From Chara braunii (Eukaryota > Plantae > Charophyceae), in the NCBI GenBank assembly GCA_003427395.1, contig BFEA01000021.1, positions 742,148 to 806,147 of the forward strand: 64,000 nucleotides of DNA, written 5' to 3'. The position numbers were made by a program, and so were the translations under genes. Shown in pieces: positions 26,775-39,164 of this stretch. Numbering within the stretch: position 1 is the first letter of the stretch; every line of letters starts with the position of its first letter. A model generated the notes under the pieces. The model was not told the origin of the DNA, did no database searches, and saw only the letters and a list, made by a program, of their open reading frames with translations.

Positions 26775-27368
26775 CGGCCGCCGTCTCCGATGGCCTTCGG
26801 ACACCGACGCCGATGGCGATCGCGCGGCGCTGGCGTTGACAAACCAGCAGCGGCAGCGAGAAGGCGCCGAATCACCACCAGTGGGCGCGATGCAGAACGA
26901 CCGCCCCCTCGCCCTCCAGCAGCAGGTGATGGTGGCGCAGAGGCGCCACAGGCACAACCGCCTGGCCGCTGCCCCCGTCAGCCGCGGAGGCGCATATCGT
27001 CCGGGTCCCGACGGCCCCGGCGAACGTTTGACATCCACCGCAGGGCCAACGCGCCCGCGCGCCCGGCGGGCTGACAACGGTCCTCCGTCGTTTTCCGTCC
27101 TTTCCCGCCCGCAGCCGCTCATCGACTGTTTTCCGCGCCTGTTTTTCTGTCCGCTACCCGTCACCCACGGCGTTGTCACTTCATTTCAGACGTGGCGCGA
27201 GCGGACAAAATTGTGTCCAGCGTGGTCACCGCAAGATGGCGGACACAGTAGAATGGGTGGCTGATGTTTACTCTTTTGTGGTCCAGTTAGTTGGCGGTTC
27301 TTGTCGGACCTGTGGTGTCCAATTCGACGCCCCGCCTTTCCCTTTTTCTCTTTTTTCTCTTTTTCCAA

Positions 27369-27460
27369 TCATTTCTCGATTAACGCGCGTCATGCGTGTC
27401 ATCACGCTGTAGAGGCAACGCTAATCTTCTCTGTATCGCTCCAATTTCAATGATGTCCCG
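27369..27460 (-). pseudogene. U6 snRNA-like copy upstream of the lipase gene
   Basis: Reverse complement reads GGGACATCATTGAAATTGGAGCGATACAGAGAAGATTAGCGTTGCC...GATGACACGCAT...AATCGAGAAATGA, followed by an A-rich tail. The ACAGAGA box is intact; the internal stem-loop and 5' stem are altered. Confidence 0.85.
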
Positions 27461-28497
27461 CCTTTCCGTACCTCAGAATGATTGTCTTCTGGTCATCTGA
27501 TTGTGGATTCGAGCACGCGTCAGCATTTCAATTCAATAGTTCGTGGGTGTACCGAGGAGCGACGCCCGTGGGTGCCTTGCCGTGTCTCGCGTGAAAGGGA
27601 ACCGCCTCCTGGCGGGGATACCCATTTTACATCATTGAAAAAAAAGGGGGCTGCCAGAGGTACCCTCGCCATCACACGATCGCGACGGTCCATCATCGAC
27701 AGCAGACATACGCGCCGTTTGGTGCACACATGCGGGCACTGCCACGATGGCACTGCGATGCCTACCCGTAGTCTCTGTTTCTTTGGTCTGGACACAAGGC
27801 CTCTGTTACAACGACCTTGCCATTCGGACCCTCCCGTCACAACAGAACTTTCTTCGTTTAGACTGAGTTCCTTCTCATTCGCAGCCATATCGTATATAGG
27901 TCAGCCCGTATCTGATGCTTTATACACCCCAGGCAGGTTTTTCCCTCCGTCGGGTCTACCAGCCCTCCGTAGGACACCAAAGGCAGGTTTTTTCACCGTC
28001 GGGTCTACCAGCCCATAGGAATTGTCTACGGCGGAAATGCGGGGAATACCGCCCTAAGTGCCTATGTTTCTTTCCCTTTTTTTTTTTCTCCTGAAGCGGA
28101 TAATTTGGGAAATACCCCTATCAGTTGAGATATACCGAAATGCCCCTAAAAGATGTGGGTAGAGCGGAATGCCCTTTGGGCCTAATCCTACGTGTTTTGA
28201 CTGTGTCAGGCCCGTGTGCAAATTTGCAATCTGGACCGCCTCTTTGGGGCATGCGCCTGCACCCTGTGCTACTCGGTTTGACCACCATATCGGGTGGGCA
28301 ACTTTGCGCAATACCTAGGCCCATGGCCATAGCAGTTTGCCTCCGTGATTCAAACTTCCGAAGTCATTTGAAGTGTCTGCCGCTGCCGAATACAGCTTCG
28401 CCCTGGTAAGCTTGCCCATCTTCACCTCCTCCCCCGCCATTCCTCCAAGTTCTCCTCGTTTGCCATCTCCGACATCCTCCTGCCAGTCTCTCCTTCG

Positions 28498-28577
<80 letters not shown>

Positions 28578-29469
28578 GTGCAACTACTAAAACCACAAGG
28601 TCATCCCCCCGAATAGAACGCACGTTTATTATCAGTGTATCTAAACTGAAAATTGCTCTAAAAAAATTACAACCATAATAGTTGTGCCTTCTCTTGAAAG
28701 CACTTTTTTTTTGGAGGCAACGACCAAGGGGCAAAACGCAAAGATGACTTGGGACGGTAGGGGTAAAACAAAACTAAATAAAGCCTAAAAAACTTGGCAA
28801 GTATCAGGATATTTTTTAAAGATGGATAGTACTCGATATGGGTACTTTGCGAAGATGGTGGGTCTAACAAACACCCAGAGCAATTGCAAAACATATTTTG
28901 TGTCGAAGGGTTATTCCGCTTTACCCACAACTTTTAAAAGCAATTTTTACATATATCTCAATTTATAAGGTATCTTGCAAATTATCCCTTATTTTAATAA
29001 AATAAAAGTCATAGGAGTCACGATCCTTTTATATTATGAAGGGTGTTTATCCGGTAACTGTTCACTAACAAGTCGTACGACGGTCGACTTTAAAACCATA
29101 CTTGTGCCCAGTCACACAGACCCTTTGTTGGTGAGCACAAAATTATGCTTATGTCGAGGAACTGGGCAGACAAGATTGTGTGTGCACAAAATTGACTCAG
29201 ATAAACGCATGATTTGAGCTTTCCGTTAGTTGGGTAAAACTAAAATTCAACGGTACCAACCTTGGCCCACCTCGGTCTTAGGCATGCAAATGATTTGCAT
29301 AGACCAATTATCGGGTTCAAATGCAAGCTGGACATTGGGACTGGGTATTGTGGGTATTTTCATATTTTAATGGGACACAAATGCAATTTTGTATTTATAT
29401 GAGTGTGTGTATATATGCCAGTGTGTGTGTGTGTGTATATGTGTCTGTGTGTGTGTGTGTGTGTATGTG

Positions 29470-29507
29470 CTGTCTCTTATACACATCTAGATGTGTATAA
29501 GAGACAG
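29470..29507. other. Nextera mate-pair junction adapter (Tn5 mosaic-end palindrome); assembly artefact
   Basis: Exact CTGTCTCTTATACACATCT followed by AGATGTGTATAAGAGACAG, embedded in TG-rich microsatellite. Confidence 0.99.
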
Positions 29508-31387
29508 GTGTGTATGTGTATGTGTATGTGAGAGATAGAGAGGGAGCGAGAGAGGAAAAAAAAAAAAAAAAAAAAAAAAATCAGTGCAAACTTTGGACTG
29601 TGAACACATATGTGAAAACCCTAAAAGAACAACCCTTAAAAAAAAAAAATCAGCCCTAGGCCTATGAATTTCGGGTCTGTCCCAATTAGTCAAAACAATG
29701 GGTTCTTTATTTTTTTTTTCGGAATTCAGTGTTTTTATTAACTTTTTCGTTACTAGTTCAAATACATTCAAACTCAATAATAATACACCCTACATCACAT
29801 ATATGTATAGTATTATGATCTTGATTTTAATCAAATTTGTTTATTATATATTCTGAGTGTGAAAAATTGTAAAAGTATGCGTAATCTATTTTTGTTGGTT
29901 TGGGCCTCATCGTCATGGGTGAAATGGCATACGGGTTGTGTTGTGACTACTTGTACCAATTCATTTTTTAGCCCAGACCAGTTGCCTTAAATTTCATGAT
30001 GAAATTCAGTTGGTTTTTGCCTAACCAACACTATATAAACCTCTCCAAACCCTTTCCAAAAATTTTACATCTTTCACACTGTGGCTGTCGTATTACAAAC
30101 GACCTGCAGACAACGATAAAAAGAAACATTTATGGGATATACAATATATTCCCTATACGCTGCAAAGTAGGCACCCGATGCAAAACAAAGAGAGAGAATT
30201 TTTAAATGTAGATGGTCACAATCTTAATCGATCTGCATGTATCTAACACTTTAATTTTTAATATATAATTGCACATAATCTCCTTCTATTGTATGCACAC
30301 GCATGCACAATCGACTACGCATATACAATATTGAGAGAAATAGAAACTAAAAAAAAACAAAACACAAAAAAAACAAACACACTCAACGTTTGTTGCTAAA
30401 CATGACGCACCTTGGTACTTCCGCACGTGGCCGGGTTGTAAAGTGCACACTTCCATCGAGATGCCACCACATTCAAAACATTAGCTCACCTATTCAAAAA
30501 TAGTATGTCAAACCTAAGTTCCAAAAGAGCAAAACAAATTTTAATAGCTCGATTTCAAATATCAAAAGATGTGAATTTTTTTTAATGTATCGATCGAGGA
30601 AATCCATAAGACAAAAGTGATTTAATGACGTAACATATGTCAGTCCAAACGTTAATCCGAACTCACTGTTGCTTTTTTTTTCTTGAAGAGTCGTTCTTAC
30701 GATTTTATCTTTTAATTGCTTTAAAAAAAAATAACAATGAGTGATTTCCAGACAAACAGAAAATACAAAGTCTATCATCGATGATAAATGTTACACAATA
30801 TTTTATATCTCAAACCCTAAAATTAAATACTAATTGTAAGTTTCAGTATTTTTGAATCATATTTCCAATGCCGGTTTCAACTGCACGAGCATGACATCGA
30901 ATCTATTTTGTTAGTGACACTCATCTTTCTATTTCAATATGTAAAATCATAAAAGTCATGACACGTAAATTTTTTTTTAAAAGTGTCTAATAAATTTTAT
31001 ACTATTATTATTTCCGATGTATCTTTTCATAATGACGTAATCATATTCTCTGGCTCGCTTAGCCAGAATAATGGGGACCTACACGTAATAACAAAGATAA
31101 AAGAAAATACATGTTTTTACTAACATTAGTTATTTTATCATAACTCATCAAAAAATTATTTTTTTAATCCTGATTTATCAAGAAATGAGTTTCTTATAGA
31201 TTTCTTTTTTCTTTAGAGAGGTTTATAGACTGCAACTGTTAAGGTTTGTCAGTTAATATTTAAAATATAACAATTGTTGCTTAACCTATTGCCATGGTAA
31301 CCGGCGTTCGGTCGAGGCCGAATGGCTGAACCAAAACGGTCGAACGTACGACGCCCCTGTAGACATGTTCGGACAATCAAGCTCAAT

Positions 31388-31420
<33 letters not shown>

Positions 31421-32021
31421 CAAGGTTACCTGACCGAACGTTCGGGGGTCCCGTTCGGGGGCCGAACACCTTCAGGTTTGGCCCCCGCCAAAAAATGTTT
31501 CGGGGCCTAAAAATAAGTTTGTTTTTCTGAGTTTTGTTTTGTGAGTTCTCAATGATGTAACCTATACGCCTATAAATTTTGAAGTCATTCTGCAAAGCCA
31601 AACAAACATTAAAAATCTTCAAAGATGGGGGTGTCAAAACGTGCTCGCCCACTCACTATTTTGTTTTTTTTTTCACTTTTCACTTTTTGTTTTCACTTTA
31701 TTTCTTGGCCTAAAAAAAATTATTATTTTTTGAAAACTTTTTAATGAGTTTTTGATTATGTAAACTACATATCTGTAAATTTTCAGGGCATTTGTCAAAT
31801 CCAAAAAATAAATAAAAATCGGCAAAGATGGCGGTGTCGAAAATGTGCTTGCACACTCACTCATTTTAATTCTCTTTTTATTTTTTCTTATTTTTATAAA
31901 ATTTTATCATATTGTTTATTTTCTATATTTGATTTTTAATTCAAATTTGGTGAAGAATTTGGATGTAGTGCCTAGGCAAATGTTGTTTAGCTTATTTGTC
32001 TCCATAATATATTTATTTTAT

Positions 32022-32074
<53 letters not shown>

Positions 32075-33562
32075 GTCTGCGTTCGGCCCGAACAACCGAC
32101 GCCTTCCGAAGGGGTCCCGTACGTTCGGGCGTTCGGCCCGTCCCGAGCGTCGGTAACCCTGTATATATAATATATATCGTCATATATATATACATATATA
32201 CAGGGTTACCAGCCCGTACATACGGAGGTTCCAGGGCAGACCTCCGTATGTACGGGCGCTCGGGGTCCCGTACGGGATCCGAACCAGACGGCCTTCGACC
32301 ACCACCAAAAAATATTTCGGGGCCTAAAAATAATTATTTTTTTCTGAATTTGTTTTTTGAGTTCTCTATGACGTGAGATACATGCTTGTAAATTTTCAAG
32401 TTATTTGGCTAAGCCAAATAAGAATAAAAAATCGCCAAAGATGGAGGTGTCAAAACATACTCACCCACGTATTTTTTCACTCTTTACTTTTTGTTTTCAC
32501 CTTAGTTCGGGGTATAAACAATTTTATTATTTTTTGAAACTTTTTCAGTGGGTTTTGTATTATGTGATATATATAGTAAACAAAAAGTAAAAAGTGAAAA
32601 AAAACGTGCGCGAGCACGTTTTGACACCACCACCTTTGGCGATTTTTAATTCCTATTTGGCTAAGCCAAATGACTTGAAGATTTATAGGCAGTTACCTCA
32701 CGTCATAGAGAACAGAGAAAAAAAAATGCAGAAAAAAACAATTATTTTTAGGCCCCAAAATAATTGTTGGCGGGGGACGAACGTCGTCGGGTTCGAACCC
32801 GGTACGGGACCCCGAACGCCCGTACGTACGGAGGTCCCCAGGCCGACCTCCGTACGTACGGGCGTTCGGGGTCCCGTGCGGGGTCCGAACCCGATGATGT
32901 TCGGCCCCCGCCAAAAAATATTTCGGGGCCTAAAAATAGTCATTTGTTTCTGAGATTTGTTTTGTAAGTTCTCTATGGGCTCACGTACATGCTTATAAAT
33001 TTTCAAGTCCTTTGGTTCCGCCACATAAGAATTAAAAATCGCCAAAGATGGCAGTGTCAAAACGTGTTCGCCCACGTTTTTTTTCACTTTTTACTTTTTA
33101 TTTCACTTTGGTTCGGGGTCTAAATGATTTTATTATTTTTTGAAACTTTTTAAGTGGATTTCGTATTATGTGAAGTATACATCTGTAAATTTTCAGGGCA
33201 TTTAGCTATGTCAAAAACAAATGAAAAACCGCCAAAGATGGCGGTGTTAAAAACGTGCTTGTGCACTCACTAAGTTTAATTCTCTTTTTGTTTTTATTTA
33301 TTTTTGTTATTAGTAATTCTTCTCCGTATTAGATTGTTATTTCAAATTTGGTAAGGAAGTCGGATGTAATGCTCAGGCAAATCTTGTTTCATTTATTTTT
33401 CTCCATAACATATCTTTTTTTCAGATTTGTTTGGTGACTTTGTGTTTGTTTTTTTTTTTTTTGTCAATGTTCGGCGCGAACGGCCGAACGCATCCCGAAG
33501 GGGTCCCATACGTTTGGGCGTTCGGGCTCGGGCGTTCGGCCTATCCCAAACACCGGTCACCC

Positions 33563-33601
<39 letters not shown>

Positions 33602-33629
33602 TCAAATATATATATATATAGACAGATAA

Positions 33630-33660
<31 letters not shown>

Positions 33661-34300
33661 TAGATGTAGATATATATATATATTATTCAAGCTAAATATA
33701 CATATATATACAGGGTCACCAACCCGTACGTACGGAGGTCCCCGGGCAGACCTCCGTACGTACGGGCGTTCGGAGTCCCGCCCGGAGTCCGAACTTGACG
33801 GCGTTCGGCCCAAGCCCAAAATGATTTCAGGGCCAAAAATTACTTTTTTTTTTTTAATTTGTTTTGTGAGTTCTCTATGACATGAGGTACATGCCCATAA
33901 ATTTTCAAGTCATTTGGCTCAGCCAGATAAGAATTAAAAATCGCCAAAGATGGGGGTCTCAAAACCTGCTCGCCCAGGTTTTTTGTCACTTTTTACTTTT
34001 TGTTTTCACTTTGGTTAAGTGTCTAAACAATTTTATTATGTTTTGAAACTTTTTCAGTGGGTTTTGCATTATGTGAAGTATACATCTGTAAATTTGCAAG
34101 GCATGTAACTATGCTAAGAAAAAATGAAAAACCTCCAAAGATAGCGGTGTCAAAAAGGTGCTGGCGCACTCGCAAAATATATATATTTTTTTTCATTAGT
34201 ATTTTTATTTTTATTTTTTTCATATTTGGTAAGGAATTTGGATGTAATGCTCAGGCAAATCCTGCTTAATTTATTTTTTTTTATAACATATTTGGTTTTC

Positions 34301-34339
<39 letters not shown>

Positions 34340-35193
34340 TTTTCATGCCCGCGTTCGGCCTGAACGACCGACCGCATGCCCAAGGGGTCCCAGACGTTCG
34401 GGCGTTCGGGCCGTCCCGAACGCCGGTTAACCTGTATATATATATACACGGTTGCCATCCCGAATGTACGGAGGCCCCTAAGCTGACCCCCGAACGTTCG
34501 AGCGTTCGGGTCCCCATAAGGGGCCCGAACTTGAAGGGGTTCTGACCCCACAAAAAAATATTTTGGCAGCCAATATTTTTTTTTTTTGAATTGTTTTTTG
34601 TGAGTTCTTTGTGATACAAGGTATCTCCCTCTTAATTTTGAAGTCATTCTGTTCAGCCAAAACAAAATGAAAAATCCTCAAAGGTGGTGGTGTCAAAACT
34701 TGTTTGCCCACTCACAAATTTGTTTTTTCTCTTTTTCACTTTTTGTTTTTTCTTTATTTCGGGGCATAAAACAATTTATTATTTTTTTAAAATTTATTTG
34801 CAGACTCTCTATTATGTAAGACACACACATATAAATTTTCATCGCATTTGTTGTAGTAAAACAAAAATGAAAAATCGCCAAAAATGGCAGTGTAAAAAAC
34901 GTGCTCGCCCATTCAATAATTTAATTCTCATTTTATTTTTTTAAATTTTCATTGTTATTATTTATTTTTAGTATTGGTTTTTTATTTAAAATTTTGTAAA
35001 GAATTTGGATATAACGTTGAGAAAAATTGTCTTTAGTTCATTATTCTGCATAACATATATTGTTTTAATTTTTTTTAATTTTTTTATTTTGGATCCGCGT
35101 TCGGCCGAATGGTCGAACGCGTCGAGAGGGAGTGCCGAACGTTCGGGCGTTCGGGTTCGGGCGTTCGGCCCATCCCGAACGCTGGCAACACTG
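31421..35193. mobile_element. Tandem array of long-class hAT-type elements in (TA)n: 31421-32161, 32201-33564 (rearranged), 33711-34434, 34447-35193
   Basis: Each copy has CAGGGTTACC-like and GGTAACCCTG-like termini and a shared body. Copies are separated by TA-rich microsatellite spacers. Confidence 0.9.
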
Positions 35194-35468
35194 TATGTAT
35201 ATATATATATATATATATATATAGTTTTGTAAAAAATTTTGATATGACCCTGAGGCAAAAGTTGTTCACTTCTGAATAACATTATTTTTTTTTTAGTTTT
35301 TGTTTTTTGGCTATGACCCTTCCTGGCCCTTGCACAACACCTGAGAAAACAGGATGACCTAAACAGCCCGAACCTACAAAAAATATATGTGATTGAACAA
35401 TATTTGCCTTAGTGATACATCCAAATTCTTTACTAAATTTGAAATACAAATAACATAGAAAAATAAAT

Positions 35469-35503
<35 letters not shown>

Positions 35504-35677
35504 AAAAAAAAAAAAAAAAAAAAAAAGTGTCTAGACGGGCATGCTTTAAACACTGTTGTCTTTAACGTTTTTTCGTTTGTTGTTTACTGAGTAAAATGCT
35601 CTGAAAACTTGTATATATGTATGTTAAAAAAATCAAAAAATAATACAATTGTTTAGGCCCCGAAATAACGTGAAAAT

Positions 35678-35949
35678 CTAGGCTACCAGAGTGGCCCGGG
35701 GTCACTTATCTGGCCGGGCCAAAAAAATAAAAATAATAAAAATAAAAGAGTTATTTGTACATTTTATTTTTCATTCTAAATTTGGTGAAGAATTTCGATG
35801 TGACCCGGAGGCAAAAGTTGTTGATTTTGTGTTTCTGCATAACATAGTTTTTTTTCGGATTTTTTATTTTTATTTTTTTTGCTGGGACCTTCCTTGGTCC
35901 TTGCACGGGCTGGCCACCCGGGACCCGGGCGGCCCGGCTGGTAGCCTAG
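35678..35949. mobile_element. Short-class hAT-type MITE nested in a long-class remnant
   Basis: Perfect TIR CTAGGCTACCAG; exact TSD GTGAAAAT. Confidence 0.93.
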
Positions 35950-36186
35950 GTGAAAATAAAAAGAGGAAGAAAAAAAAAAAGTGAGTGGGCGAGTATATTT
36001 TAACACCGCCATCTTTGACGATTTTTCATTTGTTTTTGGATTAGCAAAATACCTTCAAAATTTATAGGCATATACCTCACATCATAAAAGACTTATAAAA
36101 AAAATAAAAAGTTGCTTTGTATATTGAAACAAACCACTAAACATGAGGGGGTCTCTGTACGTACAGATTGGTATTCAGCCTATCAT

Positions 36187-36465
36187 CTAGGTTACAAGAT
36201 TGACCAAGGGTCATTTGTATGGATGAAAAAAAAAAAAAAAAAAAAAAAATATTTTTTAACTCAATTTTTTATTTTAAATATCTCAAAGAATTTTAATATG
36301 ACCGTGAGGAAAAAATGTTCAGTTTATGTTTCTGCATAACATTTTTTTTTTTTATAGATTTGTTAATTTTTTATTTTTATTTTTTGTTAATTCCTTCCCT
36401 GGTCCTTGCACGATCGGGCCGTCCGGGAAAATAGGGTGATCGGGACGGTCCGACTGGTAGTCTGG
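36187..36465. mobile_element. Short-class hAT-type MITE
   Basis: Degenerate TIRs; exact TSD CCTATCAT. Confidence 0.88.
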
Positions 36466-37892
36466 CCTATCATATTATTTTTTTATAATTTTTTATTAAT
36501 TAATTTAATTATAAAAAGTCGCTTTATATATTGCAACAAACCACCAAACGTTTGTGACCAGCCTAGACACTTTTTTATCTTTAAAATAAACGACTTGAAA
36601 CTTCATCCCTTTAATAACTTTTGCCTCTGTTTGTATCCCCGCCCATAAGGTAAGACCAATGATAGACTTTAAAAGGTGTTGGTTCTAAAAATAATATTTA
36701 TTGCTTATCCGTCATAGCCTGAAGGACAAACCTATGCACAACCACAACCTTTTTTCAAATTGGTCTTTGAACATTCGACCAATCAAAAACCTTGGCGACC
36801 TTATGACATGTGTAATACTCTATAAAACTATGGTCTTAGAATTGCAAATAACAAGTACAAACGTATTATCTGTTGGAAGCTAGTTTGTCAACTATCTGCA
36901 ACTTAAAGCGATTATTTAATCGAATATGTCGATTTCAAATCCGATCCGACATCAACATTTTATAAGTTCTCATAAAATATGCATTTAACGACCACAAATG
37001 GTTAACGGGGATCCCTGATTTCAGACCCATGTAACAAATCTAAGCTGAAATTAGGGTTTTGGGGTCAAATTTTATGTTTTTTTTATTATTATTATTTTTT
37101 TGCCTGTTTTTATATTGGTGCAAGCTCGATGTATGTCAAATTTTGTGTCATTTATCAAATTGAAATTTTCTCTATTAAGATTTATGAAATTTCTCGATAT
37201 TTCTAAAATTGAAATGTTGGTGAAATTTCATGAAAGTGCACGTTTGCCTTGTTGTTTTATATATATTTTATTTTATTTTGCGGATTTGTTTTTGCAGTTA
37301 GTTACTATGATCTCCACTTTATGAATTGGTGGCAAGTTTGATTAAAATGACCCTTTGTTTTTCTTATAAATGGTACGACAAATGGTCTGAAAATTAGAGT
37401 CTCCCTAACTTTTTCTCTAAATGACATATTATTGAACAAATAAAAAGTACTCCCTCATAAAGATTTAAACCTCATCTTGTACACAATCCTCTCTTACTAT
37501 CGGATATGCCTAAACTTGTTTTTGCGGGCAAATTGTCATTATTTATCGTCCTTGACATTCTTTCAATAAACTTTTAACAAGATAATTATTGTATACCTGT
37601 ACACAACATACAAATAATTCACGAGGGATACAACCAATGCAAGTACGTTGAACACCCTTTGTTCATTACTACAGAAAAATTCTCGTAACAAATAAAAAAT
37701 ATAAAAAAACGTGTGATTTTGAAAAATTCTCACTTTTATTTTACAAGTTTACTTATAAGAATAAATTTCCCCTTCCAATTACATTTATTCATGAAGATGA
37801 AATGAATTTAGGGGTGTTTATGAAATGTATTAGTTGGACTTTCATTCTACTACAATAAATATCTTACAATTTAGATTGAATTGGCCTACTTA

Positions 37893-38183
37893 CTAAGCTA
37901 TTGGATTGATCCGAGTCCACTTTCCCGGTCAAACCAAAACGATATAAAAATATAAAAATAATAAAAAATATTTTTTAATTAAAAATTTTATTTTAAATTC
38001 GGTAAAGAATTTTGTTGTGACATTGGGACAAAAGTTGTTCAGTTTAGTTTTCTGCATAACATATTTTTTATTTCGAAGTTTTTTTATTTTTATTTTGTTT
38101 TTTTCGGACCTTTCTCGATCCACCTCCACGGTCTAGCCGCCTGGGAAAATAGGGTGACCCGGGCAACCTGACTGGTAGCCTAG
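37893..38183. mobile_element. Short-class hAT-type MITE
   Basis: Right TIR CTGGTAGCCTAG; exact TSD CCTACTTA. Confidence 0.88.
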
Positions 38184-38352
38184 CCTACTTATGATTAAAA
38201 CTCCTTATAAAAGAATGTTAGTCTAGTTTAAATAATTTCACAAACTCATTCAGCCTTTCATCCCATCTGTAGAATGCAGTCCAAATAAGAAGGGATGTGC
38301 CATTATTGAAAAAAAAGTTTTGAAGTACGATGAAATTTTTTAAACGTAGAAT

Positions 38353-39164
38353 CAGGGTAACCTGACCGAACGTTCGGGGGCCTCCGGACTGGCCCCCGAA
38401 CGTTCGGACGTTCGGGGTCCCATTCGGGGGTCGAACACCTCCAGGTTCAGCCCCCGCCAAGAAATCATTCGGGTCCTAAAAATAAGTTTTTGTTCCTGAA
38501 TGTTTTTCTGTGTGTTTTCTATGATGTAACATACACGCCTATAAATTTTGAAGCCATTTTGCTAAGCCAAAAAAACATTAAAAATCGCCAAAGATGGGGG
38601 TGTCAAAACATGCTCGCCCACTCACTATTTTGTTTTTTTTCACTTTAAACTTTTTGTTTTCACTTTATTTCGGGGCCTAAAAACATTTATTATTTTTTGA
38701 AAACTTCTTAATAAGTTATTGACTATATAAACTGCATATCTGTAAATTTTCAGGGCATTTGTCAATGCCAAAAAATAATTAAAAATCAGCAAAGATGGCG
38801 GTGTCGAAAAGGTGCTGGCACACTCAATCATTTTAATTTTCTTTTTCTTTTTTATTTTTTTTATCAAAGTGTTTATTTTTTGTATTTGATTTTTTATTCA
38901 AATTTGGTAAACAATTTGGATGTAGTGCCCAGGCAAATATTGCTTAGTTTATTTTTCTCCATACATATATATTTTTCGGAATTTTTGGAAACCTTTTGTT
39001 TTTTTGTTTTTTGTTTTTGGGTCCACGTTCGGCCTGAACGGCCGAACTCCTTCCGAAGGGGTACCGTACGTTCGGGCGTTCGAGTTCGGGCGTTCGGGTT
39101 TGGGCGTTCGGGTTTGGGCGTTCGGGTTCGAGCGTTCGGCCAGTCCCGAACGCCGGCAACCCTG
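38353..39164. mobile_element. Long-class hAT-type non-autonomous element (reference copy)
   Basis: Termini CAGGGTAACC...GGCAACCCTG; exact 8-bp TSD CGTAGAAT. Confidence 0.93.

Noticed and set aside
26627-27264. Plus-strand 212-aa ORF
   Set aside because: It is a GC-rich antisense shadow of lipase exon 1 and its 5' region, with no domain.
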